This document shows, in pieces, positions 59,690 through 64,000 of a stretch of 64,000 bases of DNA. The notes under the pieces were generated by a model. It was given only the letters and a program-made list of their open reading frames with translations. It made no database searches and had not been told where the DNA came from. A program made the position numbers and the translations under genes. The DNA comes from Klebsormidium nitens (Eukaryota; Plantae; Klebsormidiophyceae), in the NCBI GenBank assembly GCA_000708835.1, contig DF236991.1, forward strand, positions 124,001-188,000, written 5' to 3'. How positions within the stretch are numbered: position 1 is the first letter of the stretch; every line of letters starts with the position of its first letter.

Positions 59690-60300
59690 TTGGTATATTT
59701 ACGTGTCATGTTTGCATGATGGCATAAAAATTGCCACTGCATCGGCGCGGTATACTACTAAACAATTGATTAGTCCCCCCTATGGCTGCCATGCACCGGC
59801 CATGCATGCAATGCCTGGCATGCCATCATTACGGTATGTAAGTTGGTACAAGAACGCGAGCGCACGTATATGCCATGTGTGGCCCAATTCAACTTGCATG
59901 ATGCAAGTTGAATTATTGGACTCGCGGTTAGTAAGTACCAGCTTGCACTGCAGATCTCTGTCAGTGCATCTAGCAGCAGCAGCAGCTTCTAGCTAGCTCT
60001 GTACGTACCGGCCGTCGCCGTCGCAGATCGAATACGCGGCGTCGCACCGCGAACTAGTAAAACTGCAACGTGATGCCGCCCAACTTATAGTGGCCGCGGA
60101 CCGGCCGGTTGCAATTGTGCCAGTGATGCCGGGACGGGCCGCGCGGCGCGCCGGGTTTGCCAGGGCGGCGACGGTGGCAGTGACGTCACTGCCACGCAGT
60201 ACTGCAGTCCACTTTTTTCGTACAGCAACATGCTCCGAACTGATGCAAGTATACATATGTACTATATTGCCATGATATGGAGGGATACGTTGCATAAGAC
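59690..60300. other. Intergenic island rich in CATG/TGCA/GTAC palindromes with a GC-rich core
   Basis: Includes GCCATGCACCGGCCATGCATGCAATGCC at about 59787 and GGCCGCGCGGCGCGCCGGG at about 60137. Confidence 0.4.
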
Positions 60301-61545
60301 TCGGATGACAATGAACTGCAACGACAGTGACATGCCCAAGAACATTTGAACTTGTCAGAAAGCGCCCTGTATACTCCAACTACTGAAAGGTAAGTTTGTG
60401 CAAAGTTAGAAAGTCTGACGGGGCTAGCAGGCTCAATGTTAACTTATCAAAGCTAAAAATAGAAAGCAGGCTCTTTGTTGGATCTTGCGAAGCGAAATAT
60501 GTTGTCTAATTGTAGCAAACTCTGATGCAATCATACCCGTGCTAGCTAGGCTGCTTGCCAGCCTGCCGCACTAGCTATTCAGGTTATGTAAAGGTCTTGG
60601 AGGTTTTCGACATGATCCCGAATACGCGGTGCAAACAACTTCAAAATCTGCGGCTCTAGCATCTTTGAAGCTGCGTATATCGTGGTTAAGACCTGCACCG
60701 GCACCTTCATCTGCATATTACAGTGTCGGCATCCGCATGTATGATTGTAAGATTACGTTCTTTGTTTCCGGGTTCCTCTAAGTGTGCACACGTCTTAAGG
60801 CTTGCCGGATGATGTTTTCAACCATCGGACTTTGGCGTGATACCCAAGCTCCTGTATGTGGTCAACCGAACTAGTAAGGGCCGCACTTTTTCTAAGTTTC
60901 CAGCTTATCATCCGAAAGACTCCCATGGAAGGCACGTACCGGAGCGGGGGACGGGGGCACTGATAGCGCTTCCACCGGGGAAAGGTAGACGGAGGGAGTG
61001 GGCGGTATCGACAAATGGTCCCCCGGGGTTTGATAGGCAAACCCTTCGCAAACCTGAAAGTCAAAAAGATGAATACCAATGGCTCGGAACGGAAATTCTG
61101 ATCGCCGATCAAATGAACCAGCCCCCAACAACCTCCAGAGAAGTTGAATTGCAAAATCTGGCTGGCACAAAGTTTCTTGACACTGTCTGGTTGACATACG
61201 GTCGACAGACTAACAGCTGACGCCAGCGTCCGCCAGCGTCGAAGCTTTGGCAGTGTTAACTTTGTCGGCAACGTAAAGCAGAAACCGGTGATCTGAGTCT
61301 GCCACATGAGACGGGGAATCCCAAGAGGGGCCCTTCTGTACAACGTCCTCAAAGCGTGCATCGACCCATTGGGTTCTTCAAGAATGAATAAGCTCATCGG
61401 CTGAATGCAGAATACGTAGGCGGTTGACAGGATCTAATGGCCACTTCCAAGGTCGGCATCGGTTTCGACAGACAGTCTGGAATTGCTTTCAAGGAACTTT
61501 CTGTAAAGTCAGTGATCCAAAACAAATTTAGGAAGGAGCGCGCAC

Positions 61546-63717
61546 CTCCAAAAGGGCTTCAATGGTCGGCTGGTCGCCGAAAGTCACTTCCCGGAATTGG
61601 TAGAGGACACCGTTGTCGCCAGGGCCTATTATGTACACGCCGCCCTTAACCCTGCAATAACCCCTAGTGATTAGGATAGTCACGGGCGAATCTGTGACTG
61701 TTCGCCCAGTTTTAACTGCTGGGCTTTAACTGCTCGGCGGGTTGAAGAGGACTTGACCCCACTGCTTCCCGCCCTTGACCCTGCAACAACCCCTGGTGAT
61801 CTGAATGAGTTTTGCCAAACGTGCGAGCGTTCGCCGAGACTCTGACGGCTGGGCAGGTGAAAGGGATTTGACCCCAAACTTAACCCCTGCAATAAACCCG
61901 GTTAATTAGGATGCGTTCTGCAAATTTGCGACTGTTGCCCAGCTTTGATGGTTGAGTGGAACATTCAAAGTTGACCCGCAACGCTCGCCCAAACCTTCTA
62001 GGCAGACGCCGCCCTTGACCCTGCAGTAAGGTTGATAGGTTGAATGAACGCGTCACTTTCGTTGCCTTTCATCACGCAGTTGACGGTTGGGTGGGTTAAG
62101 CAGAATCTTTTCTCTTTGCGCTCGCCTGCTTTTTCACGTACACGCAGCCCTTGTCCCTGTGGTGCTGGGTCAGCGAAAAGAAAATCCAGGCAAACCGCAG
62201 AAGCACGTAACTGCGTCGGAGGGACGGCATAACATCGCCCCCCATCGTCTGATATGGACACTCCAGATTCGTCATTGATTGGCGTTTTCCTGACCCTAGC
62301 TGGAACACCCCTGACCCTCTATCCTGACGTGGTCAAAAGGCTCGAGGGCTGAGTGTTGCAGATCGCACTTGGCACCTCAAGCCTCGCCTCCTCTGATGCA
62401 ACTTTCTCGGTGCAGATATTGCGCCTGTCTGGATCGCCTTTCTAACCCTGCACAAACCGCACCGGCAGACTAGAAGACATTCCTGTATCTGCCAGTTGAC
62501 CAGTGGCCTCGAGTGTTTACAAACAGATTTGGACGTCCTAAGACTCTCTAATCGACCTGATGATACCACAATTCTAATGCTGATACACGATGCTTCAACG
62601 AGCTTTTTGGTTGAGCTTGAGCGTGTGACATAAGAAGTATCTCCGACCGAGTCTCCCGCAGTGGCGTCAAACAAAGAGTATGAATGCTCGTCGATGTCAG
62701 CGTGACTGGATCTGAAATGAACGGCTCAGCATAATTGAGAGCGCCGCGAAATTTCGACTCACAGGCCATTCCCCACCAGGTTGCCTGGAACGCGGTTTCT
62801 CGTCATGGCCGTGAACTGGTGCGACAAAACCTGGGGAAGGCAAACCGGTGACGTCAGAGGTCCAGGCGGAGATGACGTCACGGGCGTCAACTACAAGTCG
62901 GCAAGTGAATCATGGGTTCGGCCTTTCCAGCGACAACATCGAAACCAAGTGACTATAGCCGTAAGGGCTCGTGACAAAGAAGTGACATCAGCGGGATCTG
63001 CCCATGATGACGTCAACCGATTGGGAAGCCTGCATAGCGGCGACGTCGCGAATGCTAAGGAAGAGGTGGCGACGAAAAATGCCCAATGAAAGCGCCACTT
63101 GGAAAGTGGCGGCAGGTTTGACGGCTTTCGAAAGAAGCGATGACAACAAGGAAAGTGTTCAGAAGAGATTCTGCATGCTCAGTGGCATTTCTTGCTAGTA
63201 CCCGCGGGTAGTAAGAAGAACTGTCTGGGAATAAGAATGGACGGAGCTGGTCTCCGTCAAAGCCCGGGCGGATAGGGATGTCATTGCGGCCGGCTGAAGT
63301 GTCCATGACGTGACATGCGGACAGAATCAGAAGTCTAAACAAGACTGAACGTCCAACAGCGGTCAGACAAACAAAAATCCGAGAAAAAACAACCCCTGGA
63401 TTTTCCAGTGCAAAGGAGGTTTCGAGAATTGAGCCACGTCTTCCAAAGGCTTTGCAATCGGACGTACACGAATGCTTGTGGATGCCGCGACCGACTTATG
63501 GTCTGGCGAGCCTGCTAAAGCGTCGCATGCAGATAATTGGACGAAACATGATCAAAATTGCAGATCTAAATTGCTGAATAAGGCATTTGAAATAATGGTG
63601 TTGAGGTTCCGCCGTTTCGACCATAAAGACTTACCCGGGGGTTGGCGACCAAGCCAACGAGGCCGCCCTTTGCGAGTCGCCCTCCCCACAACGCTTTGAA
63701 GAAGGACTTTCGCCCAT
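61546..63717 (-). CDS. PRXL2A: Peroxiredoxin-like 2A / AhpC-TSA-2 family protein, partial (5' and last exons not located)
   Basis: Exons 63717-63635, 62830-62763 and 61651-61546 join in phase to give (D)GRKSFFKALWGGRLAKGGLVGLVANPR-VLSHQFTAMTRNRVPGNLVGNGL-VKGGVYIIGPGDNGVLYQFREVTFGDQPTIEALLE. This matches my recollection of the PRXL2A C-terminal GN-x-x-G-x-G..GGV(F/Y)V.G.G..G.L...RE..FGD pattern. Confidence 0.82.
61652..62460 (-). repeat. Six decoy copies of acceptor + start of exon 61651
   Basis: Pseudo-starts at 61780, 61886, 62020, 62156, 62295 and 62447 (spacing about 106-152 bp). The core on the minus strand is YAG|GGT(T/C)AAGGGC. Confidence 0.88.
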
Positions 63718-64000
63718 CTGTGGAGGCACGACGGGGGGAATTACCCCTCACAATAGCGTGCTGGTGCCGTGAAACAATTTATAATCTACTATGAGCAGGA
63801 GAGAGCGGCTTTCTGAGAAAGAGTCGTTCTTTCAGTCTGAATCCTAGGCGCTTTGACACGACTTCAACGATGGAATCAGTGATCTGTTGCTCGGAGACCT
63901 CTACAGTACTGCATAGTGCTCAAAATCGTTTGGAGGTCGAGCTCCTATGAGAGTATCGAGAAACTAAACGCGCAGATTGAACCAGCTTTTGCGAGGGTCT

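Noticed and set aside
60837-61220. Plus-strand ORF with GKGRRREWAV, faintly chromodomain/retroelement-like
   Set aside because: No RT, integrase, RNase H or LTR features are recognisable, and it lies in the probable 3' region of the minus-strand PRXL2A-like gene.
1-64000. tRNA, rRNA or other structured RNA genes, and intact transposons
   Set aside because: I recognised no cloverleaf, rRNA-like sequence, transposase or RT motif by eye. A covariance-model or repeat-library search was not possible.

Overview
Eukaryotic, intron-rich nuclear DNA of about 50% GC with plant-type gene families. A streptophyte alga such as Klebsormidium is my inference; no search was run. From about 0.7 to 22 kb there is a heavily decayed tandem array (period about 3.5-3.7 kb) of LRR/F-box-like pseudogene copies, interleaved with minus-strand ORF remnants. 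From 30 to 64 kb I reconstructed five spliced genes by hand: a secreted EGF + Cys-rich-repeat protein (-), an ATJ72-like J-protein (-), a RING-CH/DUF3675-type E3 ligase (+), an SMP-30/NHL-type beta-propeller (+) and a partial PRXL2A-like peroxiredoxin-like protein (-). The most striking signal is shared by these five unrelated genes. Some of their introns are built from serial, decaying tandem copies (about 105-205 bp) of the intron's own 3' end plus the first 25-90 nt of the next exon. Only the last copy continues into the full exon. These 'stuttered acceptor' introns are the candidate undescribed system. All coordinates, alignments and family calls are manual.
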